From positions 121,663 through 185,662 of the forward strand of contig CAWJKV010000014.1 of NCBI GenBank assembly GCA_963843555.1: a stretch of 64,000 bases of DNA, written 5' to 3'. Shown here one piece after another: positions 33,567 to 44,338 of the stretch. The stretch is from an uncultured Methanosarcinales archaeon. GTDB taxonomy: Archaea; Halobacteriota; Methanosarcinia; Methanotrichales; Methanotrichaceae. Position numbers and translations under genes: made by a program. The first letter of the stretch is position 1; each line of letters opens with the position of its first letter. The notes beneath the pieces were generated by a model. That model was not told the origin of the DNA and did no database searches. It worked only from the letters and a program-made list of their open reading frames with translations.

Positions 33567-35537
33567 TCAAGCCACCAACAGTTCCTTCTCCAATCTCTTG
33601 ACAGTATCCCGGAGCTGTATGGCCCTCTCAAACTCCAGCCTCTCCGCTGCTGCCATCATCTCCGCCTCCAGCTCGATAATCACATTGGGTATATCGGTCT
33701 TTGGAATATGCCTGGTGTCGGTGATCTCCACTACCTTGTCCCGGATGGGCTTTAGAATAGTGCGAGGCACTATGCCGTGCTCCTGGTTGTAGGCGGTCTG
33801 CAGAGCCCTGCGCCTTTTTGTCTTATCCATGGCTGCAATTATGGAGCCCGTCATCCTGTCAGCATAAAGGACCACCCTGGAGTTGGCATTTCTTGAGGCC
33901 CGGCCGATGGTCTGGATCAGGCTCTTCTCATCGCGCAGAAATCCTTCTTTGTCTGCATCCAGGATGCCTATGAATCCCACCTCGGGGATATCCAGTCCCT
34001 CGCGAAGAAGGTTGATGCCTACCAGCACATCGAACTTGCCCAGCCGCAGCTCGCGAATGATCTCCGTCCTCTCCAGGGGCTGGATCTCGGAGTGCAGGTA
34101 GCGGGCCTTGATGTCGTTCCGGCTCAGGTAATCAGTCAGCTCCTCGGCCAGGCGTTTGGTAAGGGTTGTCAGAAGCGCCCTGTCGCCTTTGGCCACAACG
34201 CCTTTGATCTCCGACATAACATCTCTCACCTGCCCATCAATGGGCCGCACTTCCACCTCTGGGTCCAGCAGGCCGGTGGGGCGAATGATCTGCTCTATGG
34301 GAAGTCCTGAATGCTCCAGCTCATAGTCTCCAGGGGTGGCTGAGACGAAGATCACATTCTTCATGTACTTCTCGAATTCCGGAAATTCGAGCGGCCGGTT
34401 GTCGTAGCTGCTGGGCAGCCGGAAACCGTAGTCCACCAGGCTTTTTTTGCGGGAACGGTCGCCTTTGTACATAGCGCGAAGCTGGGGGAGCGTCTGGTGG
34501 CTCTCATCGATGATGAGCAGGAAATCCGCCGGAAAATAATCGAGCAGGCAGTATGGTGGTTCATCGGGCTGGCGACGGTCGAAATGACGGGAATAGTTTT
34601 CGATGCCCTTGCAACTCCCGGTCTCCTGAATCATCTCCATGTCATGCAGAGTGCGCTGTTTTAGCCGGTGGGCCTCGATCAGCCCCAGCTCGGGCAGTCT
34701 TTCCTCCAGTTCTGCCTGGATAGATTCCAAGGCCGCGGTCTGCTCCTCCTCCGGTATTACGTAATGCCTGGCCGGATAGATGAAGAAGTAGTTCAATTCT
34801 TCTAATCGCTGGCCGGTCAGTCGGTCAACCTCGGAGATCCCCTCTACTTCATCTCCGAAGAGCTCGATCCTGATGATGTTGTTAAAGTAGCCGGGAACAA
34901 GATCTATGGTCTCACCTTTCGCCCGGAAGTGGCCTGGCGAAAGGTCCAGGTCGGAACGCTCAAAGAGTATGTCTACAAGCTTTCCCAGGATCTCTTTTCT
35001 CGATATCCTGTCTCCTACTTTCAGCTCAAAACCCATCTTCTGGAAGTTTTCGGGATTGCCCAGACCGTAGATGCAGGAGACTGATGCCACCACTATCACA
35101 TCCTGGCGTGACAGCAGCGAGGCCGTTGTCGCCAGCCTCATCTGCTCGAGCTTGGGATTGATATGGGAGTCTTTCTCGATGTACTGGTCCTTGGAAGGGA
35201 TATAGGACTCGGGCTGGTAGTAGTCGTAATATGAGACGAAGTACTCTACCCTGTTTTCCGGGAAGAACTCTTTGAACTCGTTATAGAGCTGGTCGGCCAG
35301 TGTCTTGTTATGGGCGATGACCAGGGTGGGCTTTTGGAGTTCCTGGATAACATTGGCCACGGTATAGGTCTTTCCGGAGCCTGTGACCCCCAGCAGAGTT
35401 TGGAACCTTTCACCGGCTTTCAGGCCGGAATTGAGCTTTTCTATGGCCTGCGGCTGGGAGCCGCATGGTTCGAAGCTGGAGACAAGATGAAACTTCTGCT
35501 CGGAGGAGATATTGGGATGCATCAGGTTTTTTGTCAT
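33567..35537 (-). CDS. uvrB: Excinuclease ABC subunit B
   Basis: GVTGSGKT, YYDYYQPE, DESH, GINLLREGLD and C-terminal UVR domain. Confidence 0.97.
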   Translation of the reverse strand: MTKNLMHPNISSEQKFHLVSSFEPCGSQPQAIEKLNSGLKAGERFQTLLGVTGSGKTYTVANVIQELQKPTLVIAHNKTLADQLYNEFKEFFPENRVEYFVSYYDYYQPESYIPSKDQYIEKDSHINPKLEQMRLATTASLLSRQDVIVVASVSCIYGLGNPENFQKMGFELKVGDRISRKEILGKLVDILFERSDLDLSPGHFRAKGETIDLVPGYFNNIIRIELFGDEVEGISEVDRLTGQRLEELNYFFIYPARHYVIPEEEQTAALESIQAELEERLPELGLIEAHRLKQRTLHDMEMIQETGSCKGIENYSRHFDRRQPDEPPYCLLDYFPADFLLIIDESHQTLPQLRAMYKGDRSRKKSLVDYGFRLPSSYDNRPLEFPEFEKYMKNVIFVSATPGDYELEHSGLPIEQIIRPTGLLDPEVEVRPIDGQVRDVMSEIKGVVAKGDRALLTTLTKRLAEELTDYLSRNDIKARYLHSEIQPLERTEIIRELRLGKFDVLVGINLLREGLDIPEVGFIGILDADKEGFLRDEKSLIQTIGRASRNANSRVVLYADRMTGSIIAAMDKTKRRRALQTAYNQEHGIVPRTILKPIRDKVVEITDTRHIPKTDIPNVIIELEAEMMAAAERLEFERAIQLRDTVKRLEKELLVA

Positions 35538-35635
35538 AGGAGGTAGAAGCAGCTAGGCCTCGTAAGGTATGAGTCTTTTGCCCTGCAAAATGCCCTGCAA
35601 AACGGCTAAATAATCCAGGGCCAAAATTGTTGAAA

Positions 35636-36295
35636 ATGGATGCAGGAGATAAAGCCGAGACCCTTTCCGTGCAGGAGCTGATGGACATTTACTCTCCAGT
35701 AAAGGGGCAGATCGAGACCCGGCTGGGGGAGTTTCGGCATATATGGGAGGAGGCCAGCGATGAGGAGCTCTTCAGGGAGCTGGTCTTCTGCTTGCTCACC
35801 CCACAATCCAAGGCCAAGACCTGCTGGAAAGCAGTGCAACGGCTGGACAGGAAGTGCATGATAGCCACAGGAGAGCCCTCTGAAGTTTCCGAGGAGCTGG
35901 TGGGCGTCAGATTCAACAAGCGAAAGGCGGAGTACATCTGCCGGGCTCGGTCGATGTTTTGCGAAAGATCCCTCCGGGCCACGCTCGCGGGATTCGGCTC
36001 CTCTGCAGCTGCAAGGGAATGGCTGGTGGAAAATGTCAAAGGCCTGGGTTACAAAGAAGCCAGCCATTTCTTGAGAAATATTGGCCTTGGAGAGGATCTT
36101 GCAATCCTGGACCGGCATATTCTAAAAAATCTGGCGCTTCTGGGCGTCATAGTCGAGGTTCCCAGTTCTCCAACAAAAAGGACCTACCTTGAGATCGAGA
36201 AGAAGATGGCGGCCTTCTCCAAAAAGGCAGGAATCCCTATGGGGCAGCTTGACCTTCTACTATGGTACAAGGAAGCAGGAGAGGTGTTCAAGTAA
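35636..36295 (+). CDS. ogg: 8-oxoguanine N-glycosylase/DNA lyase
   Basis: ELVFCLLTPQ, KGLGYKEASHFLRNIG and ILDRH motifs. Confidence 0.92.
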   Translation: MDAGDKAETLSVQELMDIYSPVKGQIETRLGEFRHIWEEASDEELFRELVFCLLTPQSKAKTCWKAVQRLDRKCMIATGEPSEVSEELVGVRFNKRKAEYICRARSMFCERSLRATLAGFGSSAAAREWLVENVKGLGYKEASHFLRNIGLGEDLAILDRHILKNLALLGVIVEVPSSPTKRTYLEIEKKMAAFSKKAGIPMGQLDLLLWYKEAGEVFK

Positions 36296-36333
36296 ATAGA
36301 AATACTTATAGCTCTTAGAGTCTTAGTTTAACT

Positions 36334-36705
36334 ATGAAAAATGCTATCACATGGTTTGATATCCCAACTGAGGATTTTGATCGTGCTGTGAAGTTCTATT
36401 CAGACATTCTTGGCAGAGAGATCCGTGTAGATACCTATATGGGACAAAAACTGGGTTTCTTCTCAATGGATGGAATGGAAGGCGTAGGCGGAGATCTGGT
36501 GCCGCCAGGGATGGGAAACAAACCTTCTGCAAACGGAACCCGGGTCTACTTAAGTTGCGAAGGAATAATTGATGAGGTCATAGGAAGAATAGAAAAATCC
36601 GGCGGAAAGATCATTGCACCCAAATTTAAGATAGGTGAAATGGGCTGGATCGCGATGATTATGGATACGGAAGGAAATACTGTCGGGTTGCATAGTTTCA
36701 AGTGA
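36334..36705 (+). CDS. VOC/glyoxalase-family protein
   Basis: WFDIP..DFDRA..FY and DTEGN.VGL motifs. Confidence 0.88.
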   Translation: MKNAITWFDIPTEDFDRAVKFYSDILGREIRVDTYMGQKLGFFSMDGMEGVGGDLVPPGMGNKPSANGTRVYLSCEGIIDEVIGRIEKSGGKIIAPKFKIGEMGWIAMIMDTEGNTVGLHSFK

Positions 36706-37057
36706 CCTAATTTTTTCTGGCGGTTTATAAGATGATTACTTCTCAATCGAATATCTCAAAGGGGAATGCATTTAGCCGGCCTATTTCCCACTTCTTTTAG
36801 TCAGACCGAAAGGTACTGATTTAAAAAGGTGGCCTTTATTCTTCTCCATATTCAGGAGAGATTTCAACAAACCGTGAGCCTTAGATGCATATGCTTTCAA
36901 ATCGTTAGAGTTGCATGTACTCTTCTTCAGCGATAATTTTGCGTCATCTATATACAAATATGTACTCTGGACCGAGGTAGTTGATTAATAAGCTTTTAAT
37001 ATCAAAATTTAGAAGTATCATAACTTATTTAAGCTCAAAGCCATATTAATTGAATAT

Positions 37058-37213
37058 ATGCCGAAGACGACATTGACACTCTCTGAAGCCGTAGCAAAAA
37101 CTCTGAAGATTTATACGGTACAATCCAAGGGCAGCATGCATGCTCAAAGTCAGGTAGTTGAGGAGGCCCTACTAGAGTTCTTTAAGAGGCACAAGGTAAA
37201 AATCGAGGGGTAA
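37058..37213 (+). CDS. Small ribbon-helix-helix (CopG-like) protein, 51 aa, absent from the ORF track
   Basis: MPKTTLTLSEAVAKTLKIY...SQVVEEALLEFFKRH; TATA-like tttaag about 25-30 bp upstream. Confidence 0.7.
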   Translation: MPKTTLTLSEAVAKTLKIYTVQSKGSMHAQSQVVEEALLEFFKRHKVKIEG

Positions 37214-37340
37214 CCGCCTTTCAAGTCCCTGGATCTTCAAAATAAAGGCCGAAAGCTTCAAAATCTGGACCGCCAGGGCTAAAATTTAGGAATAGACTGC
37301 TATTGCCCCATAACGCCGGGATCCAGAAGATCCAGAAAGG

Positions 37341-37703
37341 CTATGAGCTTCGTCTTCCATCATCCTGGTGAGATATGGTTAGGTGCGTATTTATCTTCGC
37401 GTAATCCCTGGATGCATCAAATCTGTGATGGAGATAAGATCTCCAGGAGTTGGATATCATTTTCGCCTTTTCCATGGAGAGCAATAGAAATTCACCTGTC
37501 TTAATTCGCTCAACAAAGCTCTGCTGGGATAGGATGGCAAAGACCAGGCGGCTCCGCGGCATAGGAAAATTGCAGTTTGGACAATGTGGTATTGTCTGGA
37601 TATAATAAATCAAATAGAAGATGCCTAAACCACAAATGAACCCTTTCCAGGTAAAGTACGTCTTCGGCTTTACATTCTCCCGGCAACTTCCACAAAGTAC
37701 CAT
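37341..37703 (-). CDS. LITAF-like Zn-ribbon membrane protein
   Basis: CGSC...hydrophobic segment...CPNC. Confidence 0.6.
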   Translation of the reverse strand: MVLCGSCRENVKPKTYFTWKGFICGLGIFYLIYYIQTIPHCPNCNFPMPRSRLVFAILSQQSFVERIKTGEFLLLSMEKAKMISNSWRSYLHHRFDASRDYAKINTHLTISHQDDGRRSS

Positions 37704-38151
37704 ATATCCTCGACCTAATTTTACCAATATATGCATTTGGTGTATGATGACTATTCGCTGAAGCGCACCAGGAGGGAAGATGAGGCGCTTCAGCATGGGG
37801 TTTCAAATAGCATATTACCCCATTGTTTAACAATATTGAAATATCGCTAAATGTATTTAAGATATATGACACAAATTAAGTTTTTATAGCACAAAGGGCG
37901 AACAAAAGATGCCTATCATTATTTTCAGATGTTTTTGATACATTGATACATTTAAAAGATTGTTTTAAAATGCGAGTGTGGAGGAGAGGATAACCGGGCC
38001 CTTTCGCATTCAGAGGTCAAGCAGTAGCGCATATATCGGGAGGCATAACCATTGGCTCCGGCCATCAGCGCCCGCCCGAGCCCGGGCCATATTCCTGGCC
38101 ATACCGCCCCACGCCATCTTGTTCTGCCTAAGTCTCGAGCAATGAATATTT

Positions 38152-38988
38152 TCATCGTCCTGCCATATGAACATGCTTGTGCTCTTTTTCATGGTCGTGC
38201 AGATGCTCATGCACCAGCTTGCCGTGAATATGCATATGCTCATGAATCAAATTTGAGGCCATGAGGAGCTCATAATCGCATAGTACTGTCTTGACGTTGT
38301 CATCCATTTTAACCGTATGATCCTCGCCCATGACAATGGCCCTCTTGCTGATCATGTCCATTATCTCCAGGTCGTGGGTCGCTGTGACCACCGTCTTGCC
38401 TGCATGCCCCAGTTCCTGGAGAAGCTCTACCAGCCAGAGCTGAGTTCTGGGGTCAAGACCGGCAGAAGGCTCATCCAATAATAGAACATCGGGATTGTTG
38501 ACCAGAACGGTGGCCAGGCACACCTTCTTCTTCTCCCCTCCGCTCAAAGTGTGAGGCGCCCGGTCCCTTAGCTTGGCGATCTCCATCATCTCCAGGATAT
38601 CCTCCACCCTGGTTCTGACCTCCTGGGGAGGGATGTTAAGCTGCAGGGGTCCAAAAGCAATCTCCTCGAAGACTGTAGACGAAAAGAGCTGGACATCTGA
38701 GTTCTGAAAGACGAATCCCACCTTGGTGCGGAAATAAGACCTGAACTCATTGTCCTTAATGGAGTCAAAAACCTCTTCGGATACCTGATTATCGAAGGCA
38801 TAGAACTCCCCTGAGGTGGGGTATATAAGCCCATTTAGAATAGCCAGCAATGTTGATTTGCCGCTGCCGTTGGAGCCGATTATTGAGACCTGTTCTCCGC
38901 GGTTTATCTTGAGGGTTACATCCTTCAGCGCTGGGATCTTTCCCAAGTATGAGTAAGATACGTTCCTCAAATCAAATATTGCTTCCAT
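38152..38988 (-). CDS. cbiO: ECF transporter ATP-binding protein (CbiO/NikO-like) with His-rich tail
   Basis: GSNGSGKS, FQNSDVQLF, LSGGEK and LLLDEP; C-terminal HEHMHIHG...HEHLHDH. Confidence 0.85.
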   Translation of the reverse strand: MEAIFDLRNVSYSYLGKIPALKDVTLKINRGEQVSIIGSNGSGKSTLLAILNGLIYPTSGEFYAFDNQVSEEVFDSIKDNEFRSYFRTKVGFVFQNSDVQLFSSTVFEEIAFGPLQLNIPPQEVRTRVEDILEMMEIAKLRDRAPHTLSGGEKKKVCLATVLVNNPDVLLLDEPSAGLDPRTQLWLVELLQELGHAGKTVVTATHDLEIMDMISKRAIVMGEDHTVKMDDNVKTVLCDYELLMASNLIHEHMHIHGKLVHEHLHDHEKEHKHVHMAGR

Positions 38989-39705
38989 TTCTTATACCCG
39001 GACGATATTTTGAGAGATCAACACGAACCTCACTCCATGTTATAGCTGTTGCCTGCAATACAATCGCGATTTAAAATAAAAGGATGGCGCTGGTACATCT
39101 GGGCTAGAATAGGCCCAATTTCAGGCAGTCAGTGCCCTGCCTTTATAAGATGCTGAACCATATTCCAACCTAATTCATCCGAGGAGGTCTTCGCGTAATT
39201 CTACTATCGCCTCTTCCTCTTATTTGCTTTTCTATCTCCCGCCCACCCTAGTCCCCACCCGCGCCCACGCGCGCACGTACGTCCACTTTCCATGAGCGAG
39301 ATAATATCTTCTCCTGCCAGGGTTGATGGCATTGGTGAATGCGATCAACAAGATAAAAAAAAATGATAGTATGATTTTGAAACTAAAAAAGCCAATAGAG
39401 TGCATCTTTACCGAATAGAAAATAATTATCATAAAAAATTATTCAATAAGAGATCTGTGACAAGAGGAATTTGCGGAAATTCTTAAAGGGCGTTTGGAAT
39501 CCGTTTTCTAAAGCAGAAATAAGCTTATAGCTATCGATCAGTATTCTGAAAGTGCAACTTTCTAAGTTTGATGGGCATCTTTTTATACTTAGAATATACT
39601 AATATAAACATATGGAATAGTAGTTTGTTTTCTTAGCAGTATAGAGAGAATTCTCGAACTGGATCAGGTTCGATAATTAAAACTGTATAGGAGGGAAGTG
39701 AAAAT

Positions 39706-42570
39706 ATGAAATTTTGCAAAGCTCTAATCGGAGCGTTGTTGTTAGGGCTGTTGGCATTGAGTTCATCAGCCTATGGCATCTCGATTTCCGTCTCCAGCAA
39801 TGCAGGCGGATTTACAGAGAATATCAATGCCGGAGACGGAGACTCAGTCTTTGGCCGCACAGTAATTGGATCGGATAGCCTGTCGAATTCCATTGAAGGC
39901 AGCGGCAGCTTGATGGAGAGCCATTCGGTCTCAAACAAAGCAGGGGCTAACGCTCGAGTGGGTGTGAATATATGTGATGCAGAGAAGTATTCTTACGACT
40001 ACTATCTCTCTCCAGACAAAGCATCTAAATCTGCGCCAGTCATGGCAAGCGAGGAACTGGAGGTCATAAATGCCAAGTATATCGAGGCCAATGCCCAAGC
40101 ATTCAATGCGAAGGGATACACGGCAGACGTTAGCACCGTGTTACATGATCCTGGAAACGAGGCCTCTCTGATCGGATACCGAAATATCGCCATGGCATCA
40201 AAGGATGAGGCAATGGCATCTCAGATCGCCGAAGGTGCATTTGGGCCGAACGGCTACATCCAGGCTGATTCGCTGGCTGGTTTCACTCAATTGAAGTCGA
40301 AGCCCTTGCAATTCAGAGAAGACACGGCAGATGCGAGCATAAGAGTTGATCGGGGCTCAGTGGAAGGATACTCTGACCTGGCTTCAGCTTCAGCCAACGG
40401 AGTAACAGCATCGCAGCAAATGGATAGTGCCACTGGCGATCAGATCCGGACCAAATCAGAGTCTGCATCGTGGACTGCATCGCTCTTCCAGGGCTTGAAG
40501 AAGACTGCAGGCGCAAAAGTGAATACCAAGGCAGAGGGTACTTTGACTGGGTACAATGCCAGCGCTGAGAGCTCCAATGGCTATGCCCAGGCAGATCAGA
40601 CGGGTCATATAGTCGGGACCTTCACCAGCACTGCTGCCGCTGGAAAAGCGAGCAAGACCAGGACCTCGAACTATGGCAATGAATACGACTTTGATATGCA
40701 GGCCAGGAAGGACGCTTCTGGCTCATCCGCAACTGGAGTTCTGGGGTACTATGTCGATAGCGAGGATCTGGTTGCCAACAAAATTCAGGGCGCAGTGGAT
40801 GCATCCGAGTCAGGAGATACGGTAAATGTTGCAGGAGGCACTTACTATGAGAATGTTCAGATCGACAAATCGCTATCTATAAAGGGGGATGTAGGCAGCG
40901 ATCCCTCTACCGAGACCGTAGTGGACGGACAGATGAACGGATCTGTGTTCACTATCGGCAAGAATGATCCCCATATTGAGGTATCTCTCCAGAGCATGAC
41001 CATTCAGAATGGTTCTGGAACTTATATGGAGATGTGGCCAGACTACCCGCCCGTCCAATTCGGTGGTGGAGTATGGAACCAGGGAACGCTCTCCATTGTG
41101 AGCAGCCAGGTATCAGGCAATACTGCCGGGTACGGCAGCGGCATATGGACAACCGGAAACTTAACGGTTGAAAGCAGTTCAATCGAGGGAAATGGCAAGC
41201 CACTGGACGGCGGCGGCATCTGGAACTCAGGGAATCTGATAGTAGATAGAAGCATTATCACCGGAAATGAAGCTTATTGGAATGGCGGCGGAATTTGGAA
41301 TTCTGGAAATATGCGGGTAGAAGGAAGCAATGTTTCCGGAAACACCGCTTATGACTCCGGGGGCGGAATTGCCAACGACATGGGCCAGGCAACAATTGTG
41401 GACAGCACAATCTCCGGGAACACTGGGGTCCTCGGTAGCGGTGGGGTCTGCAACATATTCGGCACGATCTCCCTTGAAGACAGCAATGTATCATGGAACA
41501 ACGGGAATGTCGGCGGGGGAATTTTGAGTAACGGAGAGATGATGGTCAGCGGGGGCTCCATATCCAATAATAACGCCGCAAACGGCGGTGGCGTTTTTAA
41601 TATGGGCACAATGGAACTGAACGGTGCCCTGGTAGACAATAACACCGCGACAGAAAAAGGCGGGGGTATTTACAACGAAGGCACAGCCGTGGTTATGGAT
41701 AGCACAATATCGGGAAATACAGCATATGAAGGCAGCGGGATTTTCAACGAGGGCACCGTGATCATGGACGGAGGCAGCATAACCGGGAACAATGCAGATA
41801 ATTACGGCGGCGGGATTTTAAACACTTATTGGGGCACTGTGACTATGAACAGTGGTAGCATAACTGGGAACACTGCAGCCATGTTCGGCGGCGGGGTTTT
41901 CAACGACGGCACCGTGAACATGAACAGCGGCAGCATATCCAGAAACCTCGCACAAGACGGCGGCGGTATTTTCAATGACGGCACCTTGAACCTGGATGGA
42001 GGCTGCATTACCGGGAACACTGCTAACATAGATGGCGGTGGGATTTACAACTACGATCATGGCTACGGCGGCATCGTGAACCTGAACGGAGTCAGCATAA
42101 CCGGGAACACAGCAATTTTGTGGGGCGGCGGTATATGCAATTCCAACGACGGCACCGTGAACATGAACAGCGGCAGCATATCTAGAAACCTCGCACAAGA
42201 CGGCGGCGGGATTCTCAATTACGACGACGGCACAGTGAATCTGGATGGAGGTAACATAACTGCGAACATCGCAAACAACGGTGGTGGCGGGATTAAAAAC
42301 TACGGCACCTTGAACCTGAACGGAGGCCATATAACCGGGAACACCGCATACAATGGCGGCGGAATTGACAATAATTTCAACTACGTCTTCTATCCAGACT
42401 CACACTACGATTACTACTACGGCACTGTAAACCTGAATGGAGGTAGCATAACTGAAAATAATGCAACCACAGACGGCGGCGGGATTTTCAACTCCTACGG
42501 CTGCACTGTGACAGGTAATTTGGATCTGGTTAAGAATAACCATCCAAACAATATAGTTGGTCTGATTTAG
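39706..42570 (+). CDS. Secreted beta-helix adhesin-like protein (polymorphic-membrane-protein-type GGGI/N repeats)
   Basis: Signal peptide, IQGAVDA...GTYYE, and many ITGNTA..GGGI.N.G repeats. Confidence 0.85.
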   Translation: MKFCKALIGALLLGLLALSSSAYGISISVSSNAGGFTENINAGDGDSVFGRTVIGSDSLSNSIEGSGSLMESHSVSNKAGANARVGVNICDAEKYSYDYYLSPDKASKSAPVMASEELEVINAKYIEANAQAFNAKGYTADVSTVLHDPGNEASLIGYRNIAMASKDEAMASQIAEGAFGPNGYIQADSLAGFTQLKSKPLQFREDTADASIRVDRGSVEGYSDLASASANGVTASQQMDSATGDQIRTKSESASWTASLFQGLKKTAGAKVNTKAEGTLTGYNASAESSNGYAQADQTGHIVGTFTSTAAAGKASKTRTSNYGNEYDFDMQARKDASGSSATGVLGYYVDSEDLVANKIQGAVDASESGDTVNVAGGTYYENVQIDKSLSIKGDVGSDPSTETVVDGQMNGSVFTIGKNDPHIEVSLQSMTIQNGSGTYMEMWPDYPPVQFGGGVWNQGTLSIVSSQVSGNTAGYGSGIWTTGNLTVESSSIEGNGKPLDGGGIWNSGNLIVDRSIITGNEAYWNGGGIWNSGNMRVEGSNVSGNTAYDSGGGIANDMGQATIVDSTISGNTGVLGSGGVCNIFGTISLEDSNVSWNNGNVGGGILSNGEMMVSGGSISNNNAANGGGVFNMGTMELNGALVDNNTATEKGGGIYNEGTAVVMDSTISGNTAYEGSGIFNEGTVIMDGGSITGNNADNYGGGILNTYWGTVTMNSGSITGNTAAMFGGGVFNDGTVNMNSGSISRNLAQDGGGIFNDGTLNLDGGCITGNTANIDGGGIYNYDHGYGGIVNLNGVSITGNTAILWGGGICNSNDGTVNMNSGSISRNLAQDGGGILNYDDGTVNLDGGNITANIANNGGGGIKNYGTLNLNGGHITGNTAYNGGGIDNNFNYVFYPDSHYDYYYGTVNLNGGSITENNATTDGGGIFNSYGCTVTGNLDLVKNNHPNNIVGLI

Positions 42571-43218
42571 ACCAGCTCTGTTGTGGGTGGCTATCTCACC
42601 ATTGAGTCCATCTGGATCTGGGGTTCGACAAACCCCAGCTTCTTTTTTGAATACGAACAATTCATAATGCTCTTTTGCATTTCAGCACGACGTCGCCGGA
42701 GCAAAATCCGATCCCGGATCGACCTTCACGCTCATGCCTCGTGCATTTCCGCAGCATCTCGGCAGCTTGAGGCTTTGCCGGTTGCGATATATCTTTTCAA
42801 AAAGCCCAGTATGGCAGCAATGTCTCTGGGAATTTTATGCATTTGGGCAGATGGCGGTTCTCTTTATTTATTCGAATACCCCGCAGCTTGCATCGGGGTG
42901 CGCCGCCGTCGTTTGACTCAGGGCCAGCCGACATCCACCGCCTGATCCTTTCGATTGGCACACCTCCTGTTGCAGAAGGCCACCGTCCTGAGCAGCACTT
43001 TTCCCACATCGATCGGATAGGGCCGATCGGAGACGCTCCGGGCATAAACGGCTACTGCCATGGCAAAGAAGGATAGGTTCTCTATGGCCTCCTCCGACCA
43101 TCTCCTGGATAGATACTGCATTATCCTGGGGTTGATTCTGGCCTGCTTCACCAGGGCGCGGTAGCCTGCCCCCGTAGGCATGAGCAGCACCTGATCGAAT
43201 TCAAACTCCCTGCCGGAA

Positions 43219-43420
43219 GCCCAAGCGTTCAATGCGAAGGGATACACGGCAGACGTTAGCACCGTGATACAAGATCCTGGAAACCTAGCCTCTCTAATTG
43301 GATCTCGAAATATTACCATGACACCAAAGGATGAGGCAATGGCATCTCAGCTCGCCGAAGGTGCATTTGGCCCGAACGGCTACATCCAGGCTGATTCGCT
43401 GGCCAGTTTCACTCAATTGA
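43219..43420 (+). repeat. ~200-bp diverged copy of adhesin segment 40093-40294
   Basis: Manual alignment is gap-free with about 18 substitutions. Confidence 0.9.
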
Positions 43421-43665
43421 GACGCCAGCAGGATATCGAATATATTTTTGGGCTTCAGCCTTCGCTCCTGTGATGCGCGGATGAAAGACAGATCGAAATT
43501 TGCGTTATGAACGACTTTCTTGACTTCGTTATCCTCCATTAGCCTGGCCAGATCGCCTAAAAACTGTTCTCTTCTCGTCTCCCAAATCAGTAGATCGGCA
43601 ATATAAGCCCGGTTATCTGGAAGCGCCATCTGTATCAACCGGATTCTCTGGTCAACGGATCCGGG
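43414..43665 (-). pseudogene. Fragment of a PolA-type (DnaQ-like) 3'-5' exonuclease domain
   Basis: IRLIQMA...KKVVHNANFDLSF...IFDILLASQL motifs, truncated at both ends. Confidence 0.7.
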
Positions 43666-43858
43666 CCTGTGGCCATTATGCCCAGGCCGCAGATCCTGCA
43701 TATCTGGATCTCATGCATGGCCTGATCTCACGATTGCAGAGATTCCGTCTCAATCCTGGAGTCAATTTTGCGATCTTCCGAATAGCCAATCGCCATCCTC
43801 ATATTCCCAAAAGATGCTTGTAATACAAATTTATTTCATAAAATTCTCCTTTCTATAC

Positions 43859-44338
43859 TCAAGCCCCTCTCCGAAACTCGATCCAGATGCTGACAATAGA
43901 GATGCTGATCAGGTTCAGGGTCGTGGCAGCATACCAGAGGTAGGATTCCGCCTGGCCGAGCTGCACAATCCAGCCTGACCAGAGGACGAAGCAGATTATG
44001 GAGAAGGAGATCAGGGTATCGAAGGCCAGAAAGAGCCGGGGCCTCCCAAAGAGCCTTCCTGTCTGGGCTATCATGCAGTATTCGACGGGCGAGGCTCTGC
44101 CGGATAGATGAAAGGCGACCCTGGCCATGTTCATGAGCAGATCTGTCGCCGCCCAGGCCACAATCAGCCATCCGAAGGCCGTAAGCGTGGCGGACCTCTG
44201 CTCGGCAGCGGCGCGAAGGGCGAGCAATCCGAAGAGCAGCTTGAAGATGCAGAAGGGAACGCCAATGGTCAGGGCCTGGAAGGTGGGGGTTGAAAAGAAG
44301 CTCTCAATCTTATCCCTTTGCTCGGTTTGCTCCTTCAT
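43859..44338 (-). CDS. Hypothetical multi-pass membrane protein
   Basis: About four hydrophobic helices. Confidence 0.7.
   Translation of the reverse strand: MKEQTEQRDKIESFFSTPTFQALTIGVPFCIFKLLFGLLALRAAAEQRSATLTAFGWLIVAWAATDLLMNMARVAFHLSGRASPVEYCMIAQTGRLFGRPRLFLAFDTLISFSIICFVLWSGWIVQLGQAESYLWYAATTLNLISISIVSIWIEFRRGA

Noticed and set aside
40093..43420. Diversity-generating retroelement TR/VR pair
   Set aside because: Mismatches are not adenine-specific in either copy or strand, the repeat is N-terminal, and no reverse transcriptase is present
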